Translations under genes and position numbers: made by a program
Part shown: in pieces, positions 36,432-50,766 of the stretch
Layout of the letters: every line of letters starts with the position of its first letter
Position numbering within the stretch: the first letter of the stretch is position 1
The notes under the pieces: model-generated
Database searches by the model: none
What the model was told of the DNA's origin: nothing
What the model saw: only the letters and a program-made list of their open reading frames with translations
From: Oikopleura dioica
Lineage: Eukaryota > Animalia > Chordata
Length of the DNA: 64,000 bases
Direction: 5' to 3'
NCBI GenBank assembly: GCA_907165135.1
Contig: OU015567.1
Coordinates: 9,052,001-9,116,000 of the forward strand

Positions 36432-37306
36432 GTCCGTTTACCACGCGTACCGCTGCACCTCAATTTCAAAAAACAACCACATCTCGTCAACAAAAAATTC
36501 GGTCAATTATTCGCTACTACCACTATCTTGCCATTTTCCGAAAAAAAGGGAAAATGGTCTAAAAGTTTGGTCAGATGAGACTGGCCTATCAAAAAAGTAT
36601 CAAAATATCGTTTTACCCAACTCTTCTTGAAATTTAACTATTGGAATAATTTATTGTCGAAGATAGCTCTGTCTCAGCGAGCGCTATCTTTACTGTAACA
36701 ACTGGAAACACAGCCCTTGTAATTCTCCCCACAACAAACTAACCACATGTGTGTTCAACACCGCAATATTACGTAATACTCGGATAAAGAACAGATTTCA
36801 TTGAAAAACAAACAAAAACACTCTTTGCACTACAGCATAAGCCGGTTTTTTGGTTTTCTGACAAAAAACAAAATTGTCCAACTTCCTATACATTATTCCT
36901 TTTCTTAGCCAACCAAATTTTAGAGAAAATTTATCCATAAATCTAAATACCGAACGGAGCTTTCTGATTGGGTGTCGAATGCCCCAAAAAAAAACTACTG
37001 CACCTACCCCTCTTACGCCTTAGAATTTTCAAAAAAAAAGTTGCATTGTATCTGTTTATATATGAATTCATCTCAACCCCGTGGCGACTATCCGATCAGA
37101 ACGGTTTACTCGACAGTTCAAGCGTTTTCTGTACTCTACCTCACTAACTGTTTTGGACTAAGCATGTTGATTTACAGAGACCAACAATAAACGAAATCGC
37201 GCAGAGAGCATCTCTAATTCTCTTCTTCCTTTATAAAAAAAACATTAGCAGGCTACTTAAAGACAGCATCAAATCATCAGTACTGTTATATTCTTGAGCT
37301 TTATTA

Positions 37307-40219
37307 TCAACGCTTTGGAGTCAGAGGATCAAAAACATCATCGTGTAGCGAAACCGGTGTCCCCGGTGTCCGAATCGATGTAATTTTCGTTGAGACATTC
37401 GGGCTCTGTACAAATGGTGATATCTGCATCTTTGACGTGCGTCTTCGTGAGCTCGAGAACTTAAAATGAATTAATCCCTTTTCTTACTTCTTATCTCCTC
37501 TTACCCTGGATAAAATAAAACTAGATGGCCGAGAAGCAGATTTTCGTTTTAGATACTCGACAAACTCAACCCGAAACTTTTTGCCAAGAAGAGAATAAAG
37601 CACCGGATTGAGCACGGGCATCAATAGAATGAACTGTTCTTTCGCAGGGTTAGTTTTGATTACGTACAGTTTCATAATATCCATTACTGACCCCAAGGAC
37701 CTGAGAATATCTTCAATCGTTTACAGTTGCTATGTCCAAGAGGAAAATTGAATAATCGCACCACAAGCCAAGCAACGTGCGGTAACAGAGATACAGTCGT
37801 GCCCACAAAGAAAAATATAAAGGTATATTCGACAAGAAGATTATTGAAGGAGCGAATGCCCATTTTTATCAACGATTTCTTCGAAATAGCCACGTCACGC
37901 ATAATGCTACAGTAGCAGAATATGACAGTCATCTAAATTTATTGAATAATATCCAGCCAATCTGTTTTAATTACCCAAGGAATAATGAACACTGAAAAGA
38001 GAGAGAAAAACCGATACCAGGTTTCTGTCGAGTTCATGGGCTTTTCGCAAATACTTAGCGTATTGTTACTGTTCAAGAAGGTTCAAAATTATGCGAAAGA
38101 TTATAGACTATAAGCAAGTTATTCAATAGCGATTCTCGGCATTGATTTCGCCCGTCTGCCTATACAAGCAATCGGTAGCGTCAAAACGTGTCGTCTCAAG
38201 GATGCGCTTACATTCGCCCTTGCTCAGCAACGTCCACTTGACCTTGCATGTTCCATCTTCGAAGTCGCTCAAAATAAAGACAGGCATCGTCCATGTTATT
38301 GAAAGGATAATCGAACTACATGCCATGACAAAGAAGCGCTGCCAGCTTTTAATCGAGATTCATTGCCATTTTTGACCGACTTTTGCGGTCGTCATTGAAT
38401 CTCTTCCTTGATTCCGCTCTACTCATCAGTTTTTTAAATGAAATAGCGCGATCAATAGCCATCGCTGAGATACAGTAAACACTAATTGTTGCTTTGAAGA
38501 GTCAATCAAATGATAATTAGTGAATTATTTATCGTTATAGCTTGAACCAGGGTTCAAAATCACCTCACCTAAAGGTGCACCTTGTTCAATTTAGGTGAGG
38601 TGCAAATTGTCACCTCACCCACCTCACCTAAAATTTTTCAGATTTAAGCTTTTTTAGGTGCACCTAAAAGGTGCACCTTTTTTGAAATCATCACCTCACC
38701 CACCTCACCTAAAACTTTGAAGATTTGGGCCTTTTCTAGGTGCACCTAAAGGTGCACCTTTTTTGTGATCATCACCTCACCTCACCTCACCTAGGAATGT
38801 TTTGATTTTAGGTGCACCTTTTTTCTCGGTGAGTTGTTTTAAAGTTTGAAATTAAAACTTAGCTGTTGATTTCGAGTTGTTTGGTTATACCCGGCATTTT
38901 TTTACTGGGCAACCCGCAGATTTTTCAACGGATTACTCGCGCGTAGAGCAGAGTTCGAAATTTGTTGGCAGTACTGCCACGACTGCCACTGGCAGCTGCC
39001 AATTTCGGCAGTCACTTGGCAAGAGCAGCTACAAGAGACTACCCGCGGAGAGTCTTTTCACGGGCTACCCGCTCTACTAGTTTTATCATTTCTGCCGAGT
39101 AGCTCGCGATTACCCGCAACCCTTTTTCTCGAGGCAATCAGACGAGCGAATTTTCTTCTTTCTAGGCGAAATTTTCGCGAGTAGCTCGCGATTATCCTTT
39201 ACCCATATACTCGATCTACTCGCGCGGAGACTCGCAGAAAAATCTGCGGATTACCCGGAAGAAATTTGAGAGTAACTTCAAAGGACTTGAAATCGAAGTC
39301 AGGAGCAAAATCCGTGCCCACACTTGATCAATTATCACCTAAATTTCACCCACCTCACCTAAAAAAACTTTCAAAATCCGTCTTTTTAGGTGCACCTAAA
39401 AGGTGCACCCTTTTTCAGAATATCACCTCACCCACCTCACCTAAAATTTTTCAAAAATTGGCTTTTTTAGGTGCACCTAAAAGGTGCACCTTTTTCCAAT
39501 CTATCACCTCACCCACCTCACCTAAAATTTTTCAGATTTGGGACTTTTTTAGGTGCACCTAAAGGTGCACCTTTTTTGTAATCGTCACCTCATCTCACCT
39601 CACCTAAAAACTAGGTGATTTTGAACCCTGGCTTGAACTCTTTTCCTAATAATTGAGTTGCTCCTAATCGCATTCTACAGGCGGCCAAACTCGTGATTTT
39701 ATGTCGACTACTCGTTCTATTTTCTGAACTTTGAGTTCGCCATTGAATTCGATTAAAATAGTTTTATCATAATTTAAATTACGAACTCGTTCTCGATAAG
39801 CGCCATCAACAAAAGCATCAGGTCGTTAAAAGCTTTCAAATTGATTAAATTAGGAATTAATTTCTCTTTCCGATCGATTTACCAAGGAAGAGGATGAATG
39901 CAGTGTACATCTTGCAACTCTTCCAATTAAGCAACGTGATGAAAATGACGATTCCGTTGAGCGGGACGCCCAGTATTGTTGCAATGGAAGCTGTCCATAT
40001 TGGAATTTTGTCTTCTGTCTGGGAAAGAAGCGGGTTCTCGGAAGAGTCGAGATCGTCGAAGTTGAATGAAGCAAAAAGATCATCAGGAATCGGAGCTTTG
40101 AATAAATGTCTGATAAAGGATCGACAAAAATATATTCTTGCGACGATAAAATCTCGCTAAAATCCTTTTCCATAATATTCATCGCAAGTACAGACATCGT
40201 CAAAGGAAGCTTCAGTCAT
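37307..40219 (-). CDS. Rhodopsin-class (family A) GPCR
   Basis: TM1 LGVPLNGIVI; TM2 LAFNDL; TM3 SVYCISAMAIDRA; TM5 IIP..IVIFCY; TM7 LNPVLYSLLGKKFR. Confidence 0.82.
38548..39630. mobile_element. hAT-type MITE with CACCT/AGGTG arrays in the GPCR intron, carrying nested insertions
   Basis: Perfect 18-bp TIR CAGGGTTCAAAATCACCT; 8-bp TSD GCTTGAAC at 38540-38547 and 39631-39638. Confidence 0.93.
38905..39258. mobile_element. Nested inverted-repeat element plus a truncated CAGAGTTCGAAATTT / CTGCC-repeat fragment at 38949
   Basis: CTGGGCAACCCGCAGATTTTT versus the reverse complement of AAAAATCTGCGGATTACCCGG; repeated GAGTAGCTCGCGATTA. Confidence 0.55.
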
Positions 40220-40848
40220 AATTCTATTTTCTCTTTATCTTTCTTCTTGTCTTCGAAAACATTCTCTCTTCCTTTTGAATATTTGTTGTTTGAATCGTTT
40301 TCTCTTATTTTCAAATTTTTCAGTCCTCAAAACGAGCCGTATCAAAACGCGCCAGCCACAACAAAATAATGATCCTGCTCTCTTCTGCCTACTCGCCAGT
40401 ATGCTTTTTCTCTATTTTCATAATGGCTGTTGCAATCAACCAAATAATCAAACAATTTAACCTTCAGTATGCCGGTGTACTGATTGTCTTGGGGAAATAA
40501 TTCACTTGTCTATTTTTCGAAAAAACGAAGAAGTTTTGAATTTTACGGGTTTGGAGCCTCGATCTATCTTTCTCAGTCGGAAGCCAAAGTCATTAAAATA
40601 TTTAAGATCTGGGATCAATCAATCTTTATAACTTCGAAACTGTAATAAATCACACATCATTATTGCTTCCATTATCGATTCAAAGCTTTTGTTTTTTGTA
40701 ATTTATTATTGAATCTGAAGATAATAATAATAATAATAGCAATAATAGTAAATCTAGATCTTGAAGCTAGATAATGGCAGTGCAAGAGGTGGTAGAATAT
40801 AATTTAAATTTCGGAAATTCATTTTTCGGAATACATTTTTTGAATAAG

Positions 40849-43666
40849 CTAGTTTTTCTTCTTCAGCCACTTTTGATACAGAATCGGCTGAGAGGCGATG
40901 TGGGAAGCTCGAGTTCGGAAACAAGAATCTCTTTGAGTTTGGCTGAGATCTTCTGCGCAGAATTTCGGGTGCCACGGATGGACCAAACTTGCGGCATTTG
41001 CCCGCATGATATCCTGAAAATACGAATTTGATTCTGATTTATCTATTCTTGAACATATGTAGCACGTGATATGTTTAAAATAAATTCGCCTCCTTTATCA
41101 ATTATTCAAAGAGACAGGGCTCTTTTCCAAAATTGACGTTTATCCTCATCAGCGGAATAGAAAGTAATCGTCTTACCTTTCCCTTTGCAACAAAATTTGT
41201 AACTAGATGGACGTCTTCTAATCCCCAGCCATGAAGACTCTGATCGAAGCCACCAGATTCAAGGAAATCGGCTTGGTAAAGAGAAACCATTCCAAAACCG
41301 TATTCTCGCCAGAAGCCTTCCCGCTCGGAAATGTGAAAGTTTCCCTTTTTCAGAGTCGAAGCTGGATCGTATTTGGAAAAGACTGTCGGATAGAAGGCCA
41401 CTTCTCCTTGGACTGTAAATTGACGGATGTGGCGGAGAGTTTCGGTGTTGAATACCATGTCGATATCGCAGAAGAACAACAAATCATCGTGTTCGCATGC
41501 TTGGGCCCCGGTTTGGAGGCCTTTTCCGCGGCTGAATTCCCCGTGTTCTCTAAAAATCATTTATTTTCTCCAAAAAATTAGAGAGAGCTGACCTAAGGAG
41601 CTTGATTTCTGTATTAGATATTTTCTCCTGGTAATTTTTGAGTTCATCTTTCAACGCTTCGAATTCAGCATTCGATGCGGGAAAATCAACAATGATCAAA
41701 TTGAGAAGCTCATGGTGATGCTTGACTAGAGAGGAATATGTCTTCATGAATCTATGCAAGGCATCTGATCGACCAGTCAGCGGAACGATAATATTCACGG
41801 TAATTTCATCGATGACGTTTTTACATAAAGCCGGGTTTTTCTCCTTTTCGTTCTGAGTTATGCATTTTTGGATGCGGCTTTTAGAAAGAAGGACTGGCTC
41901 GTAATAGAAAGGTCGATTGAGAAATGATCTTCTAACACGGACACTAAAATAAACGTTTAGAAATTTCCTACTCAAGCTTTTCAGATAGCGAGTCTTTTCA
42001 TCCTATCTCTGATTGGTCAATTTTTGAGCTCAGCTAATTTTGGTGCAAAATAAAAATGATCGCTATCCTTAGGAGCTGCTGTTAGTTCTGTGAACTTACC
42101 TGTTTGACACAGTTTGTTGAATCTGTTTTCCATTCTCCAGATGATTGTGTCTGACAATAATTGTCCCGACAAGCTCAGAAGAAGTTTCCGTCAGTCGGTG
42201 ATACATTTCCGGAACTTGAATTCGCGTTATTTTTCCTCCAAGACCGAGTCGTTTGTAGATTGACTTCGCACTTTCACGAGCTGCGGAACTGATGACATCG
42301 ACCCAGTAAGGCTGGAGTTTGTGTGTGCTTGTGCGAAAGGAGAAGAACTTTCCGCTGGAAAATTGATCCCAAATGTCTGTTCTATTTAGCCCATTGGGGA
42401 TGCCGACGGCGCTCTGTGATTGCTCTCTAAATTTTTTTGTCATGAAAAATACCAGAAAAACATTTACTTTTCATTGAGGAGATCTGTCATGAGAGCACGT
42501 TCCATTTCGACTTGAGTCGTTTTCGCGATCAAATCCGAGATGGACGCGATTTTGAAAGCTCTGTGAATTTCGAACTGATACTGAGGCTCTTTGTTCGGAT
42601 GATAAGTAGCAATGGACCCAGCTGCGAGATCAGAAAAGTACCGAAGCCGCTCTTCTTCGGTTTGCTTGTTGTAGCCATAGTTTTGCTTGAAAAGGCGATT
42701 CGCTTCGTAGGCTTTGATGCATGAGATCTGCAACCGCTCCTGAAAATTCGATATTAACAAAGTTTTTTAACTGAAAAAGCACCTGAATGCAGCGCCCAAG
42801 TTCCAAATCCTCATGCTCAGTGTATAGGCGTTTGAGGCAAGAAGGAAGATGCGGACTAAGATTTCTCAAGAGCTCACGTGACATCACTATCCCAGGCCCT
42901 CCCATACAATAAGTCATTTCTTCTTCGACATAGTCCCCGTCGTCTTTTCCAAAGCCAGGGGAGCCGATGTACAGTTTATCTGATGGATCGAGTCTAAAAT
43001 TAAAAATACAGATTTAAAATCTTTTATTGATTGTTTTTTAAACCGTCTAAGAAGCTTTTCAAGGATCGGCCAACTGATGTAAGCATCATCGTCTAATCGC
43101 ATAAACCAGTCGTATTCTTCCAAATGATGCTCGGCCAGATAGCGCATCATCGAGAACGACTTGCGCTGCGGGGGGATAAACATTGTCCGCGACGCCCGGC
43201 AGAGCGACGATGTTCACCCCGTCAACGCTGCCACTCTCTGCCGCGAAAATTTCAACCTTGATCTTCGCGCTTGGATTCTTCACGCGAACTGCTTCTGCCC
43301 AAGTTTGAACAGCGGCCAGAGCTCGGTTGTCGAGATATTTTCCCGCCGACATCATGGCTACGTAAAGGAAGCCAGAAGAAGTACGTGATTTTTGAACATA
43401 TCGATTTTCCGCGTAGTCTTCTGGCCATCTTAGAAATCATTGAAAAGCTTAAAAAGAAAGGGGATTTCTTACTTGTAAATTTCTATAGTTTTATTCTGAG
43501 CAGCATGTTTCTTCAATATTCTCCTATGATGGATACTCCCAGCACTTTGTTTATAAATACACGGTCTTGGAAGAAGCGTCTGACCGAGAAATCCCAGCGT
43601 GTATCCAACCACCACCCCGACAATTACTGGAAAGAGCCATCTGTAGAAGTAGCGAGTTGTGAGCAT
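40849..43666 (-). CDS. CHSY1: Chondroitin sulfate synthase (CHSY1-like)
   Basis: N-terminal TM; YPPQRKSF; YDWFMRLDDD; YCMGGPG; HEDLELGRC; FSRGKGL; FFCDID; WGLEDV. Confidence 0.9.
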
Positions 43667-43826
43667 CCCGCTCACCACCTGAAAATCATAATTTTTTTTT
43701 CTCTATTTCTTAGTTTGTATTTATTTCGCACTCTACTCCCAACTGAGAAAGGTGGATTTTGGCATCACTTGGCAGGGGGATTAAGAATTTATCCAGATGT
43801 AATAGGATGCTGATGCATTTTTTACA

Positions 43827-43846
43827 TCTCTCTCTCTCTCTCTCTC
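43827..43846. repeat. (CT)n microsatellite
   Basis: Run of TCTC in the CHSY 5' intron. Confidence 0.7.
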
Positions 43847-45572
43847 TTCCTCTTTCCATGCAAATTCATAGTAGAAAAATTGTTCAATTCAGCTTTTTTG
43901 TCACATATTTTTTCTTTCTTTTTTTTGAAAATTCTTACCGCTTTTATCAATTTTTTTTTTAATTTTAAAAAAGACAAAATATCAAAAAACTCTTACTTTC
44001 TTTTTCCCGGAGTTGAACTGTATGTCTCGATCTATTTTCCCGACCGAAAATGAAAGAGGAAAAGACAAATCAATAAAGCACTTCAAAGTGTGACTCGAGA
44101 AATACCTTAGAACTTGCATTAGAACTTGTCCGTTTCTCCCTTTTCTCCTCTTTTCCCTGCTCCATCTTATGTTTTTATCGCAGTCGGCTATTGAAAATTT
44201 TCAATCGAATCTCAATTACTCTCGAGGACGGCTTCATGTTCTAGCACTTGAGAATTCTCTCTCTTTCTTTCTCTCTTTTTTCAAAACCTTTTTTCAAAAA
44301 CTTATTGTTTTGGCGCCCCATTTACTTTCTAAACAGAGCGAAGCCCCAGGCGCGTGCTACGGATTACTGTAGTCTAACCACAACTTCTCACACGTCCCAT
44401 TACTCTCACTTTTTATTACATCACTACTTCATCCTCTTTTCCAAAAAGCAATGCAAATTAATTCATAGCGCGAATTCGAATCGGCGCGGGAATCAAGCTA
44501 ATTACCTTATTATTCATTTCGCCAGTTCTTTTCTCTGTTTTATTTTTGTCCGGCTGATCTAACCGGGGGAGATAACAACCGGTGCTACAAACGAAACCTG
44601 AGCGCTCCCAGATCAGCCCTCAAATGCGCCCTGTTGCTTGAATTATCATAACGCGCGAAATGAAGAAGTTTTTGGGATGATATTTTGGGCAAGTTTACTT
44701 TTTTGTTTTTAATTTCCGCCCTCGCCTAAAATGCTAAAAATCGCTTGAAACAATTATATGCAACGTTGCTTCCCTACGATGACGGAAAGAGAATTTCTAC
44801 TGAAGCAAGAAAAAAATATATATTTGCAAATGACAAAACCATTTACTAAATGAAACAACAGGAATTCCATTAGATATGAGTATTAATTTTATACTATAAA
44901 AGAATGGACCTGAAGTATCTTCGAGGGTGTTTAACTTTTTGAACTGATAAAAATAAAATAAAAATATCTATTTTATATGATAAGACTTTGACTTACTCTG
45001 AGTATTTTCATTTCATTCGCAGGACATTCGTTTCTCGTTGAATCTTCTGGTCACTTGCATGTTAGTATCTTGTCTTTATTAGTATTCAAACAAGGTCATT
45101 GTTGGCTTGAATCGGTGATCCCTTTTTTCAACGCTAAAATACGAACGCGGTAGGTCCCCCGCCCTCGGGGAGAATATCCCACTGGAAGGTATCACCTTTT
45201 TGCACCTTTTTGCAAAACCATTCAAAAAACTAGTAGTCTATCTTCATTCATAGTATTTGCTTTCATTTAGCATTCAGCTAAGTCGTCCGTCAATCTTCTT
45301 CGTTGTCTCCAATTTGATTTTGAAGTATCGACTCAGCAAGTCTTGTCGATTTATTTTGGGTTCAGGGAAATGCGGCATTCAGACGGGTCATTCAGGTAAA
45401 TCGGCCGGTTCCACCGGAAGTGGCAATGACCGTACTTCAGAGAAATCAAATTTCCTTTGCTAAACACAGTTGATTGATAACCTTGCTCGGCAAGACTTGC
45501 CGTGACTTTGTATTTACTAAGACGGCTGAAAGTTGGAAGGCATTTTGCTTATATCGCGATTCATACCAAAAG

Positions 45573-46871
45573 ATGATGCAGCTTTCAAAAGAAGTCAAGA
45601 GATCAAATATAGTTTTTCTGCTCTTTTCTATTTTGACAATTCTGTAAGTCCGGAATATCCAACCTTAATATTTCCTGCATTTTCAGCACCGATGCAACAC
45701 TTTTATCGACACAAATAAGAAATGGTCTTTTACGAACTTTTGGTGTAGGCATATTTGTCGGTCTTTATGGTGTTTTGACCGGCAGTTATCGAATTTGCTC
45801 TAAAAAGTCGGACATTTTCCGTGCAAAATATAGCAAAACTGGACATTTGGTAAGTGAATAAAAATTTTTTTCTGAGTTTCGAAGCATTTGTTGAAGAAAT
45901 AAATAGGCTAACGTTATGAGTTTGATGATTTCAGAAGTTTCCTTTAGTCTATCCTTGGTTTGATCTTTACGCTTCTTGGTCTTTTATGGCTTTCCTTTGC
46001 TTATTCATGTCATGTAAATTTGGCTTTGATCCTGCTAGGTATTGATGTCATTTCAGGTTGTGTGCATTCTTGGATATGGAGAGGCTGAGCCAAGTACGTT
46101 TTATAGAATTCTTAATGGTGAAATACCGACTCTTGGGGATAACGAGATCATTGCTGGAAGCTGCGTCAATTTTCAAAAAGATTGGACTGCTCACAATGAA
46201 ATTATAAGGGGCAATATAAGCGTTACATTGGTTGATATGGCCAATTTATTCGAAACTGATGATGCTAATATTGGAGATGAAACCGACTTGAAGACAGTTG
46301 ATTTAGCCTCAGATGATCTTGATGAAGATCTAAAAAGACAACTTGTAGTGGATGAATTTATGAAGCTTTTTGAGAACCCAAGTACTCTCGGTCGAACTAA
46401 AATAAATTATATCTGGGCTTTGCTTTTAGTTTACGTGAAGGTTTACATGGTCTTGTACTCATTTGAACTCATCCTGATCTTCATTCTCCTTGTTTTCTTT
46501 GCATTTAATGTCTTCGACGTTGACGGCGACGCATTTATCAGTCGAAAAGAGATCAGGTAAGCAATCTACCGTCCTTGATAATACTTGGCATGTCAAATAA
46601 GGGTGACGATGTCCAGATTAGGTCAAAATTTGACGTCGAAAGAGCTTGACGAAATGATCGCAGAATGAGGGGTCAAAAATTACAGATTATGAATTAATAA
46701 ATCATTCTTGATAATTCATTTATACAGAACTTAATATGCTACCAACGCTATGACACCAAGCAATGAAATTGTCAGAAAATGATCCCAGATAAAGCATTTG
46801 ATTTTGACGAAGACGGAAAAATATCATTCAAAGAATTCAAACAATTTTTTCTCCAGGAAAGCGAAACTTGA
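45573..46871 (+). CDS. Multi-pass membrane protein fused to a calmodulin-like C-lobe EF-hand pair (model uncertain, possibly a pseudogene)
   Basis: Hydrophobic exons followed by [39 protein letters not shown] and FDFDEDGKISFKEFK. Confidence 0.5.
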
Positions 46872-47545
46872 CAGAATGTCAAAGATCGACTTTATTGTTC
46901 TTAGCCTGACTCATACCATAACCCTGACCCTTTCTTCTGCTCAATGCTTGTTGACATCGTCGCGTTCAATTTGGTTGAACAATAAATATCAAGAAGCTCA
47001 ATCTTACTCTTCATTGTTTCTTAAAAAACATCTTTGTTGCTGAACTGCTACATTACGCTAAAACATTGTACAAAATTTGACTGAATTTGATTTTCAACCT
47101 CATAAGCCACTTGTTAAAAGTGCAAATATTGATCATCGCGAACGAAGAGCCCGGAATAGCTCAAGAATTTCCAAATCATTGGCGATCGTCAATTGTAAAA
47201 GAGACAATCATCGCGAGCACAATTTTACAGTAAAATTTTTACTGGCGTCTTTGTTAAATCCCAGGCTCCTTTTTATGCCCTGAGAGGATGCATAGATAAT
47301 TTTATTTGATTAAATCTCAGACAGAGAGGTCATTTGGGCGCTCTCTAGTGAAGTAAGTGAGTCACCCTCCGACGCGCCCTGGTGAGTTTATCCATTCTTG
47401 CGCTCGAAATTCAAAACTCAACGACTCCGAGAGAAGAGGCTGCCTCCACTTCTCAGTGAGAACAAAAGAGCTGCAAAGTCAATGAAAATGATATGATTGG
47501 AAGAAAAAGTGAAAAATTATAAAAACCGAGAAAGAGAACTTCGGA

Positions 47546-50393
47546 ATGAACGAAACAGTAAATTTCCCAGGGAATCAGGCTGATTATACGGGCGTATACG
47601 CTGTTACGAAGAATCAGGGACTTTTGGCCTGCCATAATGGACTCAATGATTCTGCCTTTCCAGGTAAATACGCTAAACAAACACACTGGAAGCTCAATAT
47701 TTGATAAAATTAAAGTTTAATTGATAAATACAGTTAGTTAATTAAAAATAGAGTCCTTCGGGTAGTCTTCCAATTCCTAATCAAATTTACGTACAAATTT
47801 ACTTGGTAGAAGCTGTCCAAGGAAACATCACCTGCGCCGAATATCATTTTCCAACGTTTGTCAAGCCCTTTGTCAAGTTTTTATGGGTTATTTTCTCCTT
47901 TCAAATGCTGCTAACCGTCTTCTGGACGCGTTTCTTTTGGTTGTATCCGAAAATCCGGCGGAGTATTTTCAAGTTCACGGATGCAAACAGAGGTGGTTCA
48001 AAATCTGCTATCAGTGGTGCTCGAGATTGGATTCAGCGCAATATTTGTTGTTTTATGCCCAGAAAACTTATCGGTCTTCCAACCACAATTTTAAAGGTAA
48101 GCAAAAATCGCCCGCAAGCTCTGCAAAATCGACAAAATAAAACAGGTCATAAACAATTTGATAGCAAGCAACAGGCGTCCCGGAAGTAGACGGAAACGCT
48201 GAGAACAGCTACGCATTTTATCGCGATTTCTGGGCGCAACCGATCACCGAGCAGGACGTTCGATTTGGCCACAAGATCTTTCGTCTTCCCAATCCCTTCA
48301 AGTGGAAATGGCTGTTCAGGCTCGACAGCTCGCTTTCACCCAAAAGTCGCATTATCATCAGCTACACCCTTATTCTGACGTCAATCCTTGGATTACTTGC
48401 AGACTTCTTCATTGACATTATGTTTTTGCAGGATTTGTCGACGGAGACCCTCATGGATATTAAATATATTCATATCACACCTGGAGCAGTAAAGGAGCGG
48501 TTTCGTTTTAAAAGTTGAGTGCCCACAAGGGCTGAACAAAGAGAGAACGATGAATAAATGATGAAGAAAGCTAATTTTGGACCGTCAAAGTTGAGCGATG
48601 ATAATGGCCTTCCGCCCATTACTGTTAAAAATGCATTTAATCTGAAGATTTACATCAGTAGATCTCATACGAATGCGGCATTTTAACATGCCATTCATTT
48701 TTTAACATCCTCCCAACTTTTCCTCCTTGTCAAAATTCAAAACCGTTTGAAAGGCCATGGCATTATACGAAATCCCAGTGATGTTTGCGACACCTTTGAC
48801 TGCCTACGTCGTTTACAAGATGGCTTGGTCGCACAACATTCAGTCCAATCTTATTGGCGAAGTGCTCATTATTTCTCTCGGCTATGTTCTCGAAGACGGC
48901 CCAGAAATGTTCCTCCAGTACTTCTACGTCGACAAATATTCCGGGACAGATTACTCATATCCAGACAATTTTGCTACTTCTGGGCGAGCGACGGTTCTGA
49001 TGAGTTCCTTTATTTCCCTGATGATCGCCTTGTTCAACATCGTTAACCTACTCTCACTCTATGGAGAATTCCGACTGTATCTTCGATTCAGAAGCTTTAG
49101 AAATACGCTCAATCCTCGAAGCACCACTACACTTCTCATTGTCCCGGAGACTGGATCTACTGGACCCGACACACTTCGTCAGGCAGCTGATCCAGAAAGG
49201 GTTGAAAAGCTCATTCCCATCGTTGCTGAACTCCGGCAAATCGCTAAGGAAGAACAAATGAAGGAAAAACTCGCTTATGATTTGTACCTTATCGAACGCG
49301 AACTAGAAAAACTGGACAAAAAGTCGAGGCGGCCAACGAGAATGACATTCCGGGAGCGATTACAGATGCAGGAAAAGGAATACGAAAAACAGCTGAAAGA
49401 ACAGGGTCAAGCAGCGCGGAAAGAAAATAAGCGAGAAATAAGCAAAATCATCAACGAGGAGCACGATCAAATCAAGAGCCTAATCGTCGCTGTATTTGTT
49501 CTGATCGGGGTGCTCCCGTTCATTGCGAATTTAATGCGTTTGGCTTCGTCGGCCTATCAAATTTTCAAATCTCGTAAATACATGGACAAGTGCTTGAAAT
49601 ACAACTTGGTTCAAAACGCCACAGATCCATCAAATTGGATCGCCACCGTCACTCAACCGGACATATTCGACTTTGCTTGTTACAAAGTTACAGATTACCC
49701 GCTCGTCTTTGGAAACTTCTTCGCTCTTGGTGCGCATTTTATTCTTTTGGTTACTATTGGAATAATTTATATAATCCCGCAGTCTCCTTTGAAGGTAAAA
49801 CAGAGCTTTAAACAGTTGAAATAAATCATGATCGTAGGAGTTTATATCCGAGGACTCAGACACAGAAAGCGAAGACTCTGGCGATGATCAGAATAGAGAG
49901 TACGGGCAGATGCGCCGCAAAGCTATCAAAAGACGAAAGTCCACTAGAACTCCAGCTGGCAGAACTAATCGAGCAAAAAGTGCCTTGGATGGTGACTTGA
50001 GGAAGAAATATCAAAAACAAGTTTCTAGGAAGGGATTTGGACGTTTCTTTGAAAGCTTTTTTTCTGTCAATTTAAACGACTAGTTGCATATAAAATCCCA
50101 ACAGATCAAAATCAGTCATGAGTTCGCCGCAAAGCTCCTTCAAAAATTTCAACAAGCCGTTGCCAGAAGAGCCGCGATCAGACGGCGTCATCATCAGAAA
50201 CGATATTCTGGAAACGAGGGGTAACTTAGAATCGTCGCCATTGTGAAGTGGTCGGAAATTTCTCAACCTGAAAAATTTTCTGTTTTGTAAATTTTTATAA
50301 ATGCATGTCGAGAATGTAGATATCATTTTTGCCATAAATCGTAGCTCATTTTAACATCAGCTTACGCGCTTTTCCAATAATATCCGACCTATG
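47546..50393 (+). CDS. XK-related (Xkr-like) multi-pass membrane protein; ends approximate
   Basis: LADFFIDIMF helix and VLEDGPEMFLQYF, resembling the XK-family ExxPQxxLQ motif; coiled-coil loop; 355-aa ORF at 48757-49824. Confidence 0.5.
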
Positions 50394-50766
50394 AGAAGCT
50401 GAACGATCTGTAGCCAGCCAAAGACTCCAATCTAAAGTCAATGCTTATCTAACAATCTTCTGCAAAATCTTTTCTGTACATTCCACACCTCAAATGCCTT
50501 CAAATAAATCGATCAATCGACGCGCTCTCTTCCTTGATTTCAATGAAAAAAAGAAGCATTTTTCTCCAAAACAAAAATAAACCTACGCTTTTGGAAAGCA
50601 TTTTTATTCGCTATTTTGTTTTCTATGAGAAAATTTATTTCAGAATGATTTTAAACATAGTCCGGAAAATGTGTTTTGAAGAAAAATAAATACGAAAAGG
50701 TGTAAAAGAATAATAACTACCGCGAGATTCTGAATCAAAGTTTGTTAAGTGCAGACGGTAAAGAAA

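Noticed and set aside
13351-43666. Co-location of an ARSB-like sulfatase, laminin and chondroitin synthase as an ECM cluster
   Set aside because: They are interspersed with unrelated genes and show no evidence of co-regulation.
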